Counted from the first letter of the whole stretch, positions 36,466 through 51,199 are shown. The stretch is DNA of 62,840 nt, filler included, from Octopus bimaculoides (GCF_001194135.2; 5 parts of 5 records of this genome joined end to end with filler, not necessarily neighbours in it); one strand, 5' to 3'. A program made the numbers and translations. The notes: generated by a model from the sequence alone, not told the origin.

Positions 36466-38467
36466 CAGCAGCAGCAGCATTGATTGAGTGATGCAAAAAC
36501 AATGTTGCATTATTCGTTATAGCTGTTTATACTCTGAGTTCAAATTCCGCCGATGTTGTTTTTATCATTCCGAGGTCGATAAAATAAAGTATCCGCCTTG
36601 GATCGACATAACCGAACCACCACTCCGCAAGTCTCTAGCCATTGTTGTACCAATATTAGGAAATACCATTATTATTATTATTATCATTATTGTTGTTGTT
36701 TTATTATTGTTGTTATTAATGAGAGAGCAACGTATGCCATGAAAGTGACACTGGGGTACAGTATACTCATTATGACTACCCGTCGTGGTGATCGTACAGC
36801 AAAACCGTTGCAGCTTTGTCATAATATCATTTGTTTCAGGTCTTCAATAACCGCAGTCATCTTCGTTCTCCTGATATCGTTCTTCCTTGCATGTGGCGCA
36901 ATCTATCCCCCTATTTTTAATTCACCTCATTTTTTCCCTTAATATCTTTCCTAAGCATTTTGATACTCGCTTCAAGTTTCCTTTCTAATATAGGCACAAA
37001 GCCTGGAAATTGTGGTGAGGGGGATAGTCGATTACATCGACCCCAGTGCTTGACTGGTACTTAGGTTATCGACCCCGAAATGCTAAAAGGCAAAGTCGAA
37101 CTCGACGGAAGTTGAACTCAGAAAGTAAAGACGGAAGAAGTATGTTAAGCTACCACCACCACCACCACAAAAACTCTAACCGGGCCCCAGCTGCGAGGTC
37201 ATGCGCAGTTTATGCATGTGCTTTGTGTACCCTTATCAAACGGGTAGCCATGATGCGTATAACGGGCTTCGTATATTTTACCCCAGTGTCACTTTGATGG
37301 TATGCTTTGTTCTCTCACTCAACAATAATAAGAAGAATGATTTAACCATCATTGTGGTGGCAGTGGCCTTCATCATCGCTTTCATGATCACTGTAGTGGT
37401 GGTGGTTGTCGTCATGCCGGTCGTCGTTGTTGTCAGCATCTTCATCGTCGGAGTCGTCGTCGTCTTTGTCAGCTTCTTTCTCTTCCTAATTCTTATCATT
37501 TCCCTTCGCCTTCTCCTCCTCCTACTTATTATCATGCTTCTCCCCGTCCTCCCCCTCCTCTTGCTCCTTTTCCTCTTCCTTCATACCCTTCTTCTTTTTG
37601 CTTGAATTCTACTCCATTTCTTCTTTCCTCTCTTCCTAATTTCTTTAAATTATCATTTAATTATTTCCATTCTCCCCTTATACATATTTGTTCATTAACA
37701 TCTCTCTCCGTATTCTATGCAGTTTCCAAACGCTCCACAGGAATCAGGAAATATCAAAGTATATTTAAGATTTATGCGTTTGTTGTTGTTGTTTTTGTTG
37801 TTGGTGCTGTTATTGTTCTTCCTCCTGTTGCTGCACCCGCTTTTGTATTCTTTTCCTCTGCTGAATTCCAGAACGTGTGTCTAATTTGACTTTCCCGTAA
37901 TTCTCTTCCTAATAGCAAACAGAGAGGGAGCGAAAGAGAGAGAGAGAGAGANNNNNNNNNNNNNNNNNNNNNNNNNNNNNNNNNNNNNNNNNNNNNNNNN
38001 NNNNNNNNNNNNNNNNNNNNNNNNNNNNNNNNNNNNNNNNNNNNNNNNNNNNNNNNNNNNNNNNNNNNNNNNNNNNNNNNNNNNNNNNNNNNNNNNNNNN
38101 NNNNNNNNNNNNNNNNNNNNNNNNNNNNNNNNNNNNNNNNNNNNNNNNNNNNNNNNNNNNNNNNNNNNNNNNNNNNNNNNNNNNNNNNNNNNNNNNNNNN
38201 NNNNNNNNNNNNNNNNNNNNNNNNNNNNNNNNNNNNNNNNNNNNNNNNNNNNNNNNNNNNNNNNNNNNNNNNNNNNNNNNNNNNNNNNNNNNNNNNNNNN
38301 NNNNNNNNNNNNNNNNNNNNNNNNNNNNNNNNNNNNNNNNNNNNNNNNNNNNNNNNNNNNNNNNNNNNNNNNNNNNNNNNNNNNNNNNNNNNNNNNNNNN
38401 NNNNNNNNNNNNNNNNNNNNNNNNNNNNNNNNNNNNNNNNNNNNNNNNNNNNNNNNNNNNNNNNNNN

Positions 38468-38524
<57 letters not shown>

Positions 38525-39608
38525 TATTAAATCATTCAATGTGATTGATCGTATTATTTGATGCCTCTGACACGTTACTCAAAATCTAAGACAAGAACTT
38601 CGGAAAAAGGGAAAAAAACAACAACAAAAAGACAAAATAAGAAAAAAATAAAACAAAAGAACAATGGTAATGACGAAAAGAACCCTCAAAAACATTTACA
38701 AAAAATATAGCAATATAAAATATATACCCACCATTTAAACTATACGTTCGGACATTGCGCTAAGTATAAGTTGGATCATAAAGAGAAGCCATCATTAATT
38801 CTTAACAGTGATCATACTTCAAAGGTTTGTTAAAAAAGAATCCTCGCTTCCTTCTTTGTGTTTTGTGTTGGAATAATCTAAAAACGAAATCAGTGGATTT
38901 GCACAACGTTTATCTACAACAATAGGAGCGGATTTTTTCTTTTCCCAAAAGTGAAGAAATTTCATATTATCCCATAAACATCTTGCATTGTATTGTAACT
39001 ACACTGCTTAATTGCAGTGATGGCTGGTTGAGTATTTTACGTGTGTGTGTTTACGTGGTATTTTGTAAAGGAACATGGGATCGATCAGTAATTAAACCAG
39101 AATCGTAAGTTCGTATCCATTAAATGACTTTTATAGATACGAACCTACAGTTGGCAGCAGTGTCTATCCTATTACACAGATTTATCTTTAACTTTTAGTC
39201 AATCTCATAAGAGACGCTATACAATCAGCCTTTTATCGAAGATGTTTCAAGGCTGATAGTCACGTATTTCATTCAGATTTTGTGATGAATTATATATAAA
39301 AAGAACACAGAGAAAGTACCATACGGTTTCATCTATTTGTTAGGGTTAAATTTTGTTTTCTTTTACTTGTTCCAGTCATTAAATTGATGCCATAATGGGG
39401 CACCGCCTTGAAGAATTATAGTCGACTTCCGTACTTAATATTTGTTTTTGTTAAACCAGGTAGTTATTCTACCTGTCTCTTTATACCGAACATCTTAGAG
39501 GTACATACGATCCTCAGCACCAATTGTCAGGCGGTGGGTAGGTGAACAAACACACAAAAAGACGTACCTCATGCACGCAAATATATAAATAAGTAAATAA
39601 ATGCATGA

Positions 39609-39672
<64 letters not shown>

Positions 39673-40071
39673 NNNNNNNNNNNNNNNNNNNNNNNNNNNN
39701 NNNNNNNNNNNNNNNNNNNNNNNNNNNNNNNNNNNNNNNNNNNNNNNNNNNNNNNNNNNNNNNNNNNNNNNNNNNNNNNNNNNNNNNNNNNNNNNNNNNN
39801 NNNNNNNNNNNNNNNNNNNNNNNNNNNNNNNNNNNNNNNNNNNNNNNNNNNNNNNNNNNNNNNNNNNNNNNNNNNNNNNNNNNNNNNNNNNNNNNNNNNN
39901 NNNNNNNNNNNNNNNNNNNNNNNNNNNNNNNNNNNNNNNNNNNNNNNNNNNNNNNNNNNNNNNNNNNNNNNNNNNNNNNNNNNNNNNNNNNNNNNNNNNN
40001 NNNNNNNNNNNNNNNNNNNNNNNNNNNNNNNNNNNNNNNNNNNNNNNNNNNNNNNNNNNNNNNNNNNNNNN

Positions 40072-40106
<35 letters not shown>

Positions 40107-42267
40107 GTATGTGTGTGTGTGTTTGTGTGTGCGGGTATCTATTTCTTTTTTGTGATTTTTCCCCTCGTTACCACTTTACAACGGTGTTGGTGTGTTTACG
40201 CCTCAGTGACCAAGCAGTTCGGCAAAAGGAAAATGAAAGCAGGTGCGGGTGGAATGCCATTCCCATTCATTTTATTTCTGTTGCAGTTGAAGGTTCTTTC
40301 TGCAGTCTGACGAAATACGTATCCCAGCACTTTGTATACTTTAAAAGCATCACATCATCCATGTATAGGTATGTACATATACATACATACAAATATACAC
40401 ATACACACGTGTCTATCTACTACTCTCCATGCATATATGGACATGTGTGTAGTATGGAAGAGTGCAAATTGATAAAGGTTAGTATTGAATAACGTCACAA
40501 TGCCAAGTGGGATAAAACGCGTGTCTGTTCGAGTCTGGTACCTCGGATTGAAAAATCACAAATCTACTTCCATGTACACGTCTCTCTCGTGCACACCCAC
40601 ATACACATACATGCACGCTCACGCACGACTGCAAGCGAGCTCGCACGCATGCACACTTTCATACACATTCACACGTACACATATATAAACATCTTATTCA
40701 CACAATTCATATATATACATATATGAATATAAATATATATTCATATGTTTAAATATATATATATATATATATACATCTATATGTTAGATATGTATATATA
40801 TATGCATAAATATACACATGTAAATATATATGCATATGTATATGCATATAGATATATATGCATATACATATGTAGTTATAGACAGTATTTATCTTGTACA
40901 AACACATGTAGCCCCATTCTTCTGTCCTTTCGACAATATCTCTACGACTATTTCTTTGAATTACTTTTCATTATTCAGCTATTCCATTTCATTCATTCTC
41001 ATCCTTCTTTTTATTCTTTCTCTCTGTTTTCCTTTCTTTTTCTCTTTCTTACCCTTCGTCGTGTCTTTCTTTCCTTCGTCCTCTCTTTTCTTTTTATTCT
41101 TTATCCCGCCATTATTTTCCTCTTCTCCTCCAAGATTTTAACTCGGAACAGTGTACCGAGAATCTTTCTAAATTGAATCTTTCCTCTATTATAGAAGACA
41201 GCCATTGATAATGTCCTTTCTTGGAATTCTTCAAGGCGAAATAATTAATTTTTACCGTCTTTTGTGATGGCTGACAGAAAAAATAATAATAAATAAATAA
41301 ATAAACAACAGAACATAAAAGTAAACAAGAAAAAAAAAGAAAAAATGACAACAGCAGCAATAAGCTTATTAATAATTAGGCGATATCCACTTTTTCCTAT
41401 ATTTCGAATACGTTTTGTTCACTTTGAGCATCTTTTGTGAAATTCTGTTTACAGTAATATTTCGCAAGAACCGCACCTTTCAGAACGGTCTAATATTTCA
41501 AAAATCTCTTCAGAAGAAATGAGATACACAGCACGAGATTGCAGACAATACATAGATGTTTGCCAATAGCAAACACGTTCAAACATTAACGGTTTTTAAT
41601 TTAAATATTGGCAAGCGTATTTCGTTGCAATCTTTCCATATGAAAAATATATTATTATTATATAAGTTGCGACCGTTTCTTGGAAAGGAATTATATGGCT
41701 TAGAGGTGACCAAAGCAAGAAACATGCACTTATTGCTATTAACTTTTTTCCTGAATGTTCTCCGATTTAGAATATGATTCATTAATGGTAAAAGCAAGAA
41801 TGTCTTCAGCTGTCACCTGGTTATCGGCCTTTGTTGGTTGGTGGTTCTGGAGGTCTGAAAATTACAGGGTACCGTTTGTTAGGTGCGAAATAGTGGTTGT
41901 TTCGTGTTGCGTGTCTGTGGTTCACGATTTATATTCGTGTTTTAAATCAAACGATTCCATTGAAGTTGAGGTGAGAAATAGGCGGAGATGAGAGGTATTG
42001 GGAGTGGTAAAACGACAAGAACAGTTCAAAAGTGTTCTTATAAGTTATATTTGAACATTTGAAAGAAACAGCGTACCAACAGAAACACGCCAGATTATAA
42101 CTAAAATTAGCCAACATTTTAGTTACGAATGCATGCAGGAATATAGATTTAAATAAACATACGTATACACAAAGACATGTCCTCATACTAATACCTACAT
42201 ACAAAAATCAATTATTTACACACACAGACATATAATTCCACATAAAAATAGGCATGAGTAAATAACA

Positions 42268-42322
<55 letters not shown>

Positions 42323-42774
42323 ATGAAAAACACAAAATAGCAAGCAATTTGTTTCGACTTATATACGTTATATACTTATATACATTTCAACTTATATACA
42401 TTTAGTAATTCATAAACAATTCATATCCACTTATATATGTCTCTTCGGAGCTTTGGTTTGTAAACAAACGAAATTCCGTGCCAAAGGACGGCTAGAGTGT
42501 ACATCTTTTAATCATTTAAGTTTTTAATTCGTTAATCTTTTAATTTGCAAATACAATAAACAGGTATCTTTTTTACGTTTTCTTCTCCAATATCTTTCAT
42601 TGACTTTTTAATTTTATCAGACAGTTTATACATATTTATTGATGATCTTTCTATCAATATATTTGGTTAAACCCAGTTGACATCAGGATTGTTCTTAACA
42701 ATCCCTTACGCGGATATTGTTTCCTCAAATTTTGTATATATATACATACCAAAGTAGTAATTTACTGTAGAAGT

Positions 42775-43030
42775 GTATAGCTGAGTGGTTAATTTGTTGA
42801 ACCCATGATCATATGATTACCCTTTCCGTTAATGGACCGAGAGATGCGTTGTGTTTCGGGAGCAAATCATTTCATTTCAAGATCTACAATTCCTCTCAAT
42901 CGGTAAAAATTAACATACTTGTGGCGGAACGGCGTCCCCACCCGGGGAGATGCGGAGAAGGCCTTATAAGCGCCAGCAAATTCTGGAAGCAGACTTATGA
43001 GTTATGGCTTCGTAAGGATTTAATACTTTT
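42775..43030 (+). mobile_element. Old, decayed tRNA-derived SINE
   Basis: GTATAGCTGAGTGGTTAA head, GCGTTGTGTTTCGGGAGCAAATC CORE-like segment, and GGCGTCCCCACCCGGGG downstream module. Confidence 0.45.
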
Positions 43031-44323
43031 TCGATAATCTTACAGTCTCAGTAAACCTCAAACCAACACCATAGAAAAATATAAGATATGTTAGCCCTCT
43101 GACATTAATGTTGTTTATGCGAATGCATTTATCAAAACAATAAAATGTATCAAAAGTTTAATCGCTGCATTTCATGGGAGATTATATCTTAACAAAATAT
43201 AAGTTTTGGTAAAGTAATAGAGGCAGCCTGGTGTTTGTTTCATAATCCCTGGACATATTTACGAAATCTGAAGTTAAAGCCATTTAACGAGGGTAGATAC
43301 GTACGGACGTATTCAAAATGTTCTATTATATATATNNNNNNNNNNNNNNNNNNNNNNNNNNNNNNNNNNNNNNNNNNNNNNNNNNNNNNNNNNNNNNNNN
43401 NNNNNNNNNNNNNNNNNNNNNNNNNNNNNNNNNNNNNNNNNNNNNNNNNNNNNNNNNNNNNNNNNNNNNNNNNNNNNNNNNNNNNNNNNNNNNNNNNNNN
43501 NNNNNNNNNNNNNNNNNNNNNNNNNNNNNNNNNNNNNNNNNNNNNNNNNNNNNNNNNNNNNNNNNNNNNNNNNNNNNNNNNNNNNNNNNNNNNNNNNNNN
43601 NNNNNNNNNNNNNNNNNNNNNNNNNNNNNNNNNNNNNNNNNNNNNNNNNNNNNNNNNNNNNNNNNNNNNNNNNNNNNNNNNNNNNNNNNNNNNNNNNNNN
43701 NNNNNNNNNNNNNNNNNNNNNNNNNNNNNNNNNNNNNNNNNNNNNNNNNNNNNNNNNNNNNNNNNNNNNNNNNNNNNNNNNNNNNNNNNNNNNNNNNNNN
43801 NNNNNNNNNNNNNNNNNNNNNNNNNNNNNNNNNNNNNNNNNNNNNNNNNNNNNNNNNNNNNNNNNNNNNNNNNNNNNNNNNNNNNNNNNNNNNNNNNNNN
43901 NNNNNNNNNNNNNNNNNNNNNNNNNNNNNNNNNNNNNNNNNNNNNNNNNNGATATATATATATATATATATATTCTCGAACTCTCACCATCAAGGGTAAT
44001 CTGTTTATAAAGATATCTATGGACACGAAAGAGAAAGAAAAACCAAACACAGTTACAAATGCCCTGCTTACATATATTGTGCATTTATAATTTTACCTCC
44101 AAATTTCAATATACTTCCTTAAGTATGTATGTATATGTATCTCTCCCCATCTCTGTCTCTCTTTCACTTTATATGTGTGTGTATACAAAAGCACACACAC
44201 AGACGCACTGATATATATATACATATAGACAAACAGCGGTAAAAATACATGCATCTTATACTCACACACCCGCACACACACACACGCGCACACATACACA
44301 CACACATACACACACACACACAT

Positions 44324-44396
<73 letters not shown>

Positions 44397-45976
44397 CGTG
44401 TTTGTGTATGTGTATGTGTATAGCTATATTTTTGCGGGGAACTGTTTTTGTTTAAAACATGTGCTTCTTTGGTGATACTGACTGTGTCCTAATTTTATTA
44501 TTTTTATTAATTTGTTTATCACTAACAAACGGCAAGCCTGCAGGGATGTGAAAATATTTCTAATGACTAATGAGATTCACAAATTTGATTGCAAACGCAA
44601 AAGATGTGCAAATTTTCAACTGAAAATGTTACATTGGCCATTCGATTATAACACTTTCAAGCTTGTTCGGCATACTTTATAACAATTATTTATCATATTT
44701 CACTATATCATATTACATAAAACGAAAATTGATTGGAAAACGTTAGCAAACAATACATTCATCTTAGACATAATTTTCCATAAAAATACTCATTGTATGA
44801 TGGAAGTGATATTAATAGCGATAAAATATTGTTTACGTTGACACAGATAAGGTAGTGTTGTGAAGAAATGAAACGAAGAATACAATTACCATGTCGTGGT
44901 AAAAGAAATCGGCGAACGCCCATAAGTTAAGACACTGCAAGAATGCCAACTGGCACAATGTTTCTCTTTGTGTACCAAACGTACGTAGTGATACATTCCG
45001 ATGAAGGCCATTATGTTAAGAGTGCAATATAGCGAATGTGTGTCCGTTAGGTTGAACCGAGGAGGTTTAAGATTACAAAACCGAACGGCAATGGCAAAAG
45101 GGAAATAAGAACACATTGAGGATGTTAGTATAACCCCATGTACCTTTTTGCATTCGAGTCGCTGCCACAGCACGGCCTGTGTCAATTAACATGCATGCAT
45201 TCTTCTTTTATTCTTTTATTATTTTCAGTCATTTGACTGCGGCCATACTGGAGCAGAGAACTCGGTCCCTTTTGCCGAACTGCTAAATTAGGGGACAAAA
45301 ACTCAGCAACATCTGTTTTCAAGCGATGGAGGGGAAGGGGCAAACACAGACACAAAAACATATTCACACACGCACACACACACACACACACNNNNNNNNN
45401 NNNNNNNNNNNNNNNNNNNNNNNNNNNNNNNNNNNNNNNNNNNNNNNNNNNNNNNNNNNNNNNNNNNNNNNNNNNNNNNNNNNNNNNNNNNNNNNNNNNN
45501 NNNNNNNNNNNNNNNNNNNNNNNNNNNNNNNNNNNNNNNNNNNNNNNNNNNNNNNNNNNNNNNNNNNNNNNNNNNNNNNNNNNNNNNNNNNNNNNNNNNN
45601 NNNNNNNNNNNNNNNNNNNNNNNNNNNNNNNNNNNNNNNNNNNNNNNNNNNNNNNNNNNNNNNNNNNNNNNNNNNNNNNNNNNNNNNNNNNNNNNNNNNN
45701 NNNNNNNNNNNNNNNNNNNNNNNNNNNNNNNNNNNNNNNNNNNNNNNNNNNNNNNNNNNNNNNNNNNNNNNNNNNNNNNNNNNNNNNNNNNNNNNNNNNN
45801 NNNNNNNNNNNNNNNNNNNNNNNNNNNNNNNNNNNNNNNNNNNNNNNNNNNNNNNNNNNNNNNNNNNNNNNNNNNNNNNNNNNNNNNNNNNNNNNNNNNN
45901 NNNNNNNNNNNNNNNNNNNNNNNNNNNNNNNNNNNNNNNNNNNNNNNNNNNNNNNNNNNNNNNNNNNNNNNNNNNN

Positions 45977-46020
<44 letters not shown>

Positions 46021-46722
46021 TGTTTCCCTGTATCCAAAGATACCCGAACCGCATAAGCACGTTAACATCCCTCCCAGAATTGAGCGTTCAACCTTAGTTT
46101 TAAACATTTCGTATATATGAAGTGCCTTATATATTTTCTTATTTCTTTGTTGCCGCATAAATCAATCAATATATTGAAGCATTGTTTCATTATATTTAAA
46201 GATTACACTTGCTTTTATTTTCGATTTCATTTCGTTCAATATTTAAGCTTATGCAAAATGTAATACTCAAACTTATATCATTGTTTTAACTATTTCGGGT
46301 ATGCATTTGTGTGAGTTCCATATATAACGTTGATATACGTTCTGCCTTCAGAATCATTTAAATCAAAATGGACTGCCAATATGACAAGACATCAACTTTT
46401 TCTGAGTTGCAATAAAGGCAGATTCAACCAAGGACGAAACTCAGAAGGAATTTCACAGATTGTTCTATTCTATAATAAGCCCAAAATGGGAAAATATAGA
46501 TTCTTCTTGTCAATATTCTGTTAGTTTATCTGTGACAAGTCCCACGAATTGTTGCTAGAAATACGTTAAAATGTTTTCTAACAGAAAAATGAACGCGGTT
46601 TTCCACTAGGAGTGTTACATGAATGTATACGCAAATACACGCTAAGATATACATATATATGCATATGTTCATACTTATTTACAAACATATGTAAACATAA
46701 ACACACCTATATACACAGATCA

Positions 46723-46758
<36 letters not shown>

Positions 46759-46929
46759 ANNNNNNNNNNNNNNNNNNNNNNNNNNNNNNNNNNNNNNNNN
46801 TATATATATATATATATATATTCATATATATTTATATATGCGTGTCTGTATATATATGCATATATATGATTATACATAGATTGTTGCACACAAATACATA
46901 TACCATTTCGAGTAGAAACTTCCTGTGAG

Positions 46930-47530
46930 CGATGATAAGTGGAACTAATATTGCGAGATGGCTTCAGATCTACTACGGTGTGTCAATGATTCTTTCCCAT
47001 CCCAGTTACGAAAAAGAAAACGGATATTATAATGTTGTGTGGAATAAAGAAAATGGTAAATCTAGTCGAGTTAAAGGTTCCTCATGCAGAGAACATGGAC
47101 GCCGCTCGAAATATTGACTGTCATGTAAACTCTCCTCGAGGAATGTGAAGACGCAGGATGGGACGTGGAGCATTTTCCAGTCGAAGTCGTTTGTAGAGTA
47201 TTTGCTGGACAGTGTATAAAACGACTGCTGTTATCTATCGTTAGGCCTAACTCATCGTAAAGCAAATACCACCATCAGTGGTGTCTAAACTACAGTGAAA
47301 AAGGCTAGCAACTGGATTTTCTTAAAAGATACGATGAGCGATGGATAGAAGAATATTAAGCTAAATCTGATAATCAGTTGATCTAGCAAGCGGGACATCA
47401 TACCAATGGTGCCGTCGAGAAGTAAACCCCGAAACGGCTCGCATTCTCTCCGGATGATTCCATACACTTCCAGGCTTCCTGTGTACGGAGCCTTCGACTG
47501 GTAACACTTACAAGAGTGTGAAAATAAGTA
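46930..47530 (+). mobile_element. HERO-like (R2 superfamily) non-LTR retrotransposon 3' fragment: RLE domain plus 3' UTR
   Basis: Frameshifted translation FPIPVTKKKTDIIMLCGIKKMVNLVELKVPHAENMDAA / LLEECEDAGWDVEHFPVEVVCRVFAG / KKASNWIFLK / RYDERW matches the PDI..VELTVPWEEN..GW..PVEVGCRGF..AS.WIW pattern typical of HERO-clade RLE domains. Confidence 0.75.
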
Positions 47531-48106
47531 ACGCATGCGGGAGACCTAATATTGGTATGTGCGTCAAATTAATGCAGAATTTTTCACCTCTATAAATTCA
47601 GAGACGATGCAACCTGTAGTTAGCGCATCAGCAAAGAATCCGCTTTTGCATGAGTCTACCACAATTGACATTATTACAAGAGCCTTAGAATAATACTCAC
47701 GCAAATATTAAAAATGATATATATTAAGAGAAGTCACTAACCACGAATTTATTCATAACAATACCAATCACTACTATTACAAACACAACAGGTCACTTTG
47801 AAGTCACTTGGTCACTTAACAGGATTCCACCAACATCCTACTACTCCCGCATTTTTATTATTCTTTCCCTTCTTTTCCTCCTCCTTCTTCTTCTTCTTCT
47901 TCTTCTTCTTCTTCTTCTTCTTCTTCTTCTTCTTCTTCTTCTTCTTCTTCTTCTTCTTCTTCTTCTTCTTCTTCTTCTTCTTCTTCTTCTTCTTCTTCTT
48001 CTCCTTCCTAAGTTACTACTGCTGCTTAAACAATCAAAACCAAGAACTCATATCACATATTAAGACTGCTACTACCTGCTACCTGTTGCCAAGCCCACAC
48101 AAAAGT

Positions 48107-48157
<51 letters not shown>

Positions 48158-48838
48158 CAGACACAGAAAAAAGAAAATGTCCCTTACATTTGAAAACTAT
48201 GGAAATATTTAAAAAATACATTTCATTTCATTTTTCCACAATTTATTTCTTTTCCATGCTTTAAGTTCAAAAAATGGCAGAGTACTAAAATTTTCTTCGT
48301 GATAAAATTATTTTACCATTTTTTACCTTGTGTTATTTTCCTTATACATATCAACTTGCGTGTTCCTTTTCTACACACACACACATATACAAACACATAC
48401 ACACACATATGTCAAAGAGTGTATATGTGTAACGCTTGGTACATAAGTGTGACTCTTGTGTGTGGGGCCTTGATGAATGCCAATAGGCATGAGAGTATAC
48501 TAGCCTTTAGCCTTTATATATTCAATTCTCTATATTTAATACTCAATATTTCATATATTCAATAAAACATTCAACACTTCATTTCATTTTACTATTTATA
48601 TTATATATTCCATATTCTATATCCCACATTAATTTTATAAGAATGTAAATAAAACATAAAAAAAACAGACAAAGTTGGAACTCTTTTAAATAATATATTC
48701 GTCTGTACACGATCATACAAAACCCTTCCTGTATTTTTCCTTTTCTCTCTCTCTCTCTTTTTCTCCCTCTCTTTCACTATATTTCACTTTCTATCACTTT
48801 CGCTCTCTATATTTCTCTATCTCTCTTCTTCACTCCCT

Positions 48839-48894
<56 letters not shown>

Positions 48895-49095
48895 AATATA
48901 TACCCATATACACGCGCGCACAGGTGAATATGGACATACACACACACACACACACACAGAATGTACCTATTACCAGAGACATAAACTTAAGCATATGAAA
49001 TGTACATTTCTCTGTAAGCCTCATAACACATTCTTGAGATGCAGTCATCAAAAGCAGCTGGTTTAAACCCACGTGCTAGCCATCACCAATCCATG

Positions 49096-49153
49096 TAACT
49101 CTCGTTTCATCCCATCGAGTATTAAGTCGCTCGATGGGATTCAAAGAGAGTTA
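49096..49153 (+). ncRNA. Candidate pre-miRNA-like hairpin, copy 1
   Basis: TAACTCTC-G-TTT-C-ATCCCATCGAG [loop] CTCGATGGGAT-TC-AAA-GAGAGTTA gives about 22 bp of stem. Differences from the other copies lie in or next to the loop. Strand is not certain. Confidence 0.4.
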
Positions 49154-49299
49154 TCTCGCCTGGCCATTGGCGACTCTTGAACTGCAACGCTCACAAGCTC
49201 TCTCTCTCTCTTTTTCTCACTCTCTCTCTCTCTCCCGCTCCCACTCTCTATCCCCCCTCTCTCTCTCTTTCTCTCTCTCTCTCCATCTGTCTCTATTTG

Positions 49300-49348
<49 letters not shown>

Positions 49349-49461
49349 TTCTCTCTTTCTCTCTCTCTTTCTCTCTCTCTCTATTTCTCTCTCTCTCTCT
49401 TTCTCTCTTTCTCTCACTATCTCTCTCTCCTTATCTCTCTCTCCTTATCTCTCTCTCTCCC

Positions 49462-49504
<43 letters not shown>

Positions 49505-50122
49505 CTCTCTCTCTCTCTCTCTCTATCCCTCTCTCTCTCTCTCTATCCCTCTCTCTCTCTATATATTTCTCTTTCTATCNNNNNNNNNNNNNNNNNNNNN
49601 NNNNNNNNNNNNNNNNNNNNNNNNNNNNNNNNNNNNNNNNNNNNNNNNNNNNNNNNNNNNNNNNNNNNNNNNNNNNNNNNNNNNNNNNNNNNNNNNNNNN
49701 NNNNNNNNNNNNNNNNNNNNNNNNNNNNNNNNNNNNNNNNNNNNNNNNNNNNNNNNNNNNNNNNNNNNNNNNNNNNNNNNNNNNNNNNNNNNNNNNNNNN
49801 NNNNNNNNNNNNNNNNNNNNNNNNNNNNNNNNNNNNNNNNNNNNNNNNNNNNNNNNNNNNNNNNNNNNNNNNNNNNNNNNNNNNNNNNNNNNNNNNNNNN
49901 NNNNNNNNNNNNNNNNNNNNNNNNNNNNNNNNNNNNNNNNNNNNNNNNNNNNNNNNNNNNNNNNNNNNNNNNNNNNNNNNNNNNNNNNNNNNNNNNNNNN
50001 NNNNNNNNNNNNNNNNNNNNTATGAAATGTACATTTCTCTGTAAGCCTCATAACACATTCTTGAGATGCAGTCATTAAAAGCAGCTGGTTTAAACCCACG
50101 TGCTAGCCATCACCAATCCATG

Positions 50123-50181
50123 TAACTCTCGTTTCATCCTATCGGGCATTGAGTCGCTTCGATGGGATTCAAAGAGAGTTA
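50123..50181 (+). ncRNA. Candidate pre-miRNA-like hairpin, copy 2
   Basis: Same hairpin. A C>T change in the 5' arm turns a C:G pair into a U:G wobble on the + strand, and there is one loop substitution. Confidence 0.4.
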
Positions 50182-50278
50182 TCTCGCATGGCCATTGAAA
50201 GCCAGAACACTTTTTCTCACTCTCTCTCTCTCTCTCCCTCTCTCTCTGTTTCTCTCTCTCTGTGTCTGTCTCTCTCTG

Positions 50279-50310
<32 letters not shown>

Positions 50311-50753
50311 CCTCTCTCTCTCCCTCTCATATTCTATCTCTCTCCCTCTCTCTGTCTCTCTCTCTGTCTCCCTCTGTCTCCCTCTCTCTCTCCCTCTCAT
50401 ATTATATCTCTCTCCCTCTCTCTGTCTCTCTCTCTGTCTCCCTCTCTCTCCCTCTCTTCCTCTTCTCTATCTCTCTCTCCCTCACTCTCCCTCTCTCACT
50501 CTCCCTTTCTCTCTATATCTCTCTCTCTTTCTCTCCCTCTCCCTCCCACTCTCTCTGTGTGTGCCTGCCTGCCTGTCTGTCTGTCTGCCTGTCTGTCTGT
50601 CTCCCCCTCTCTATCTCTCCCTCTCTCTCTCTATCACACTCGCACTACCTCTATTCTTCCTTCTTTCTCTCTTTATCTCTTTTTCTCACTCTCTCTCTCC
50701 CTCTCCCTCTCACACACATACAGAAACACACATACACACACACACACACAAAT

Positions 50754-50786
<33 letters not shown>

Positions 50787-50798
50787 CACACACACACA

Positions 50799-50831
<33 letters not shown>

Positions 50832-50986
50832 TGTACCTATTACCAGACACATAAACTTAAATCATATGAAATGTACATTTCTCCNNNNNNNNNNNNNTTC
50901 TCTCTTTATCTCTTTTTCTCACTCTCTCTCTCCCTCTCCCTCTCACACACATACAGAAACACACATACACACACACACACACAAAT

Positions 50987-51019
<33 letters not shown>

Positions 51020-51031
51020 CACACACACACA

Positions 51032-51064
<33 letters not shown>

Positions 51065-51199
51065 TGTACCTATTACCAGACACATAAACTTAAATCATAT
51101 GAAATGTACATTTCTCCGTAAGCCTCATAACACATTCTTGAGATGCGGTGATCAAAAGCAGCTGGTTTAAACCCACGTGCTAGCCATCACCAATCCATG

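Noticed and set aside
40485-40560. B-box-like GTTCGAGTC
   Set aside because: No correctly spaced A box and no tRNA fold.
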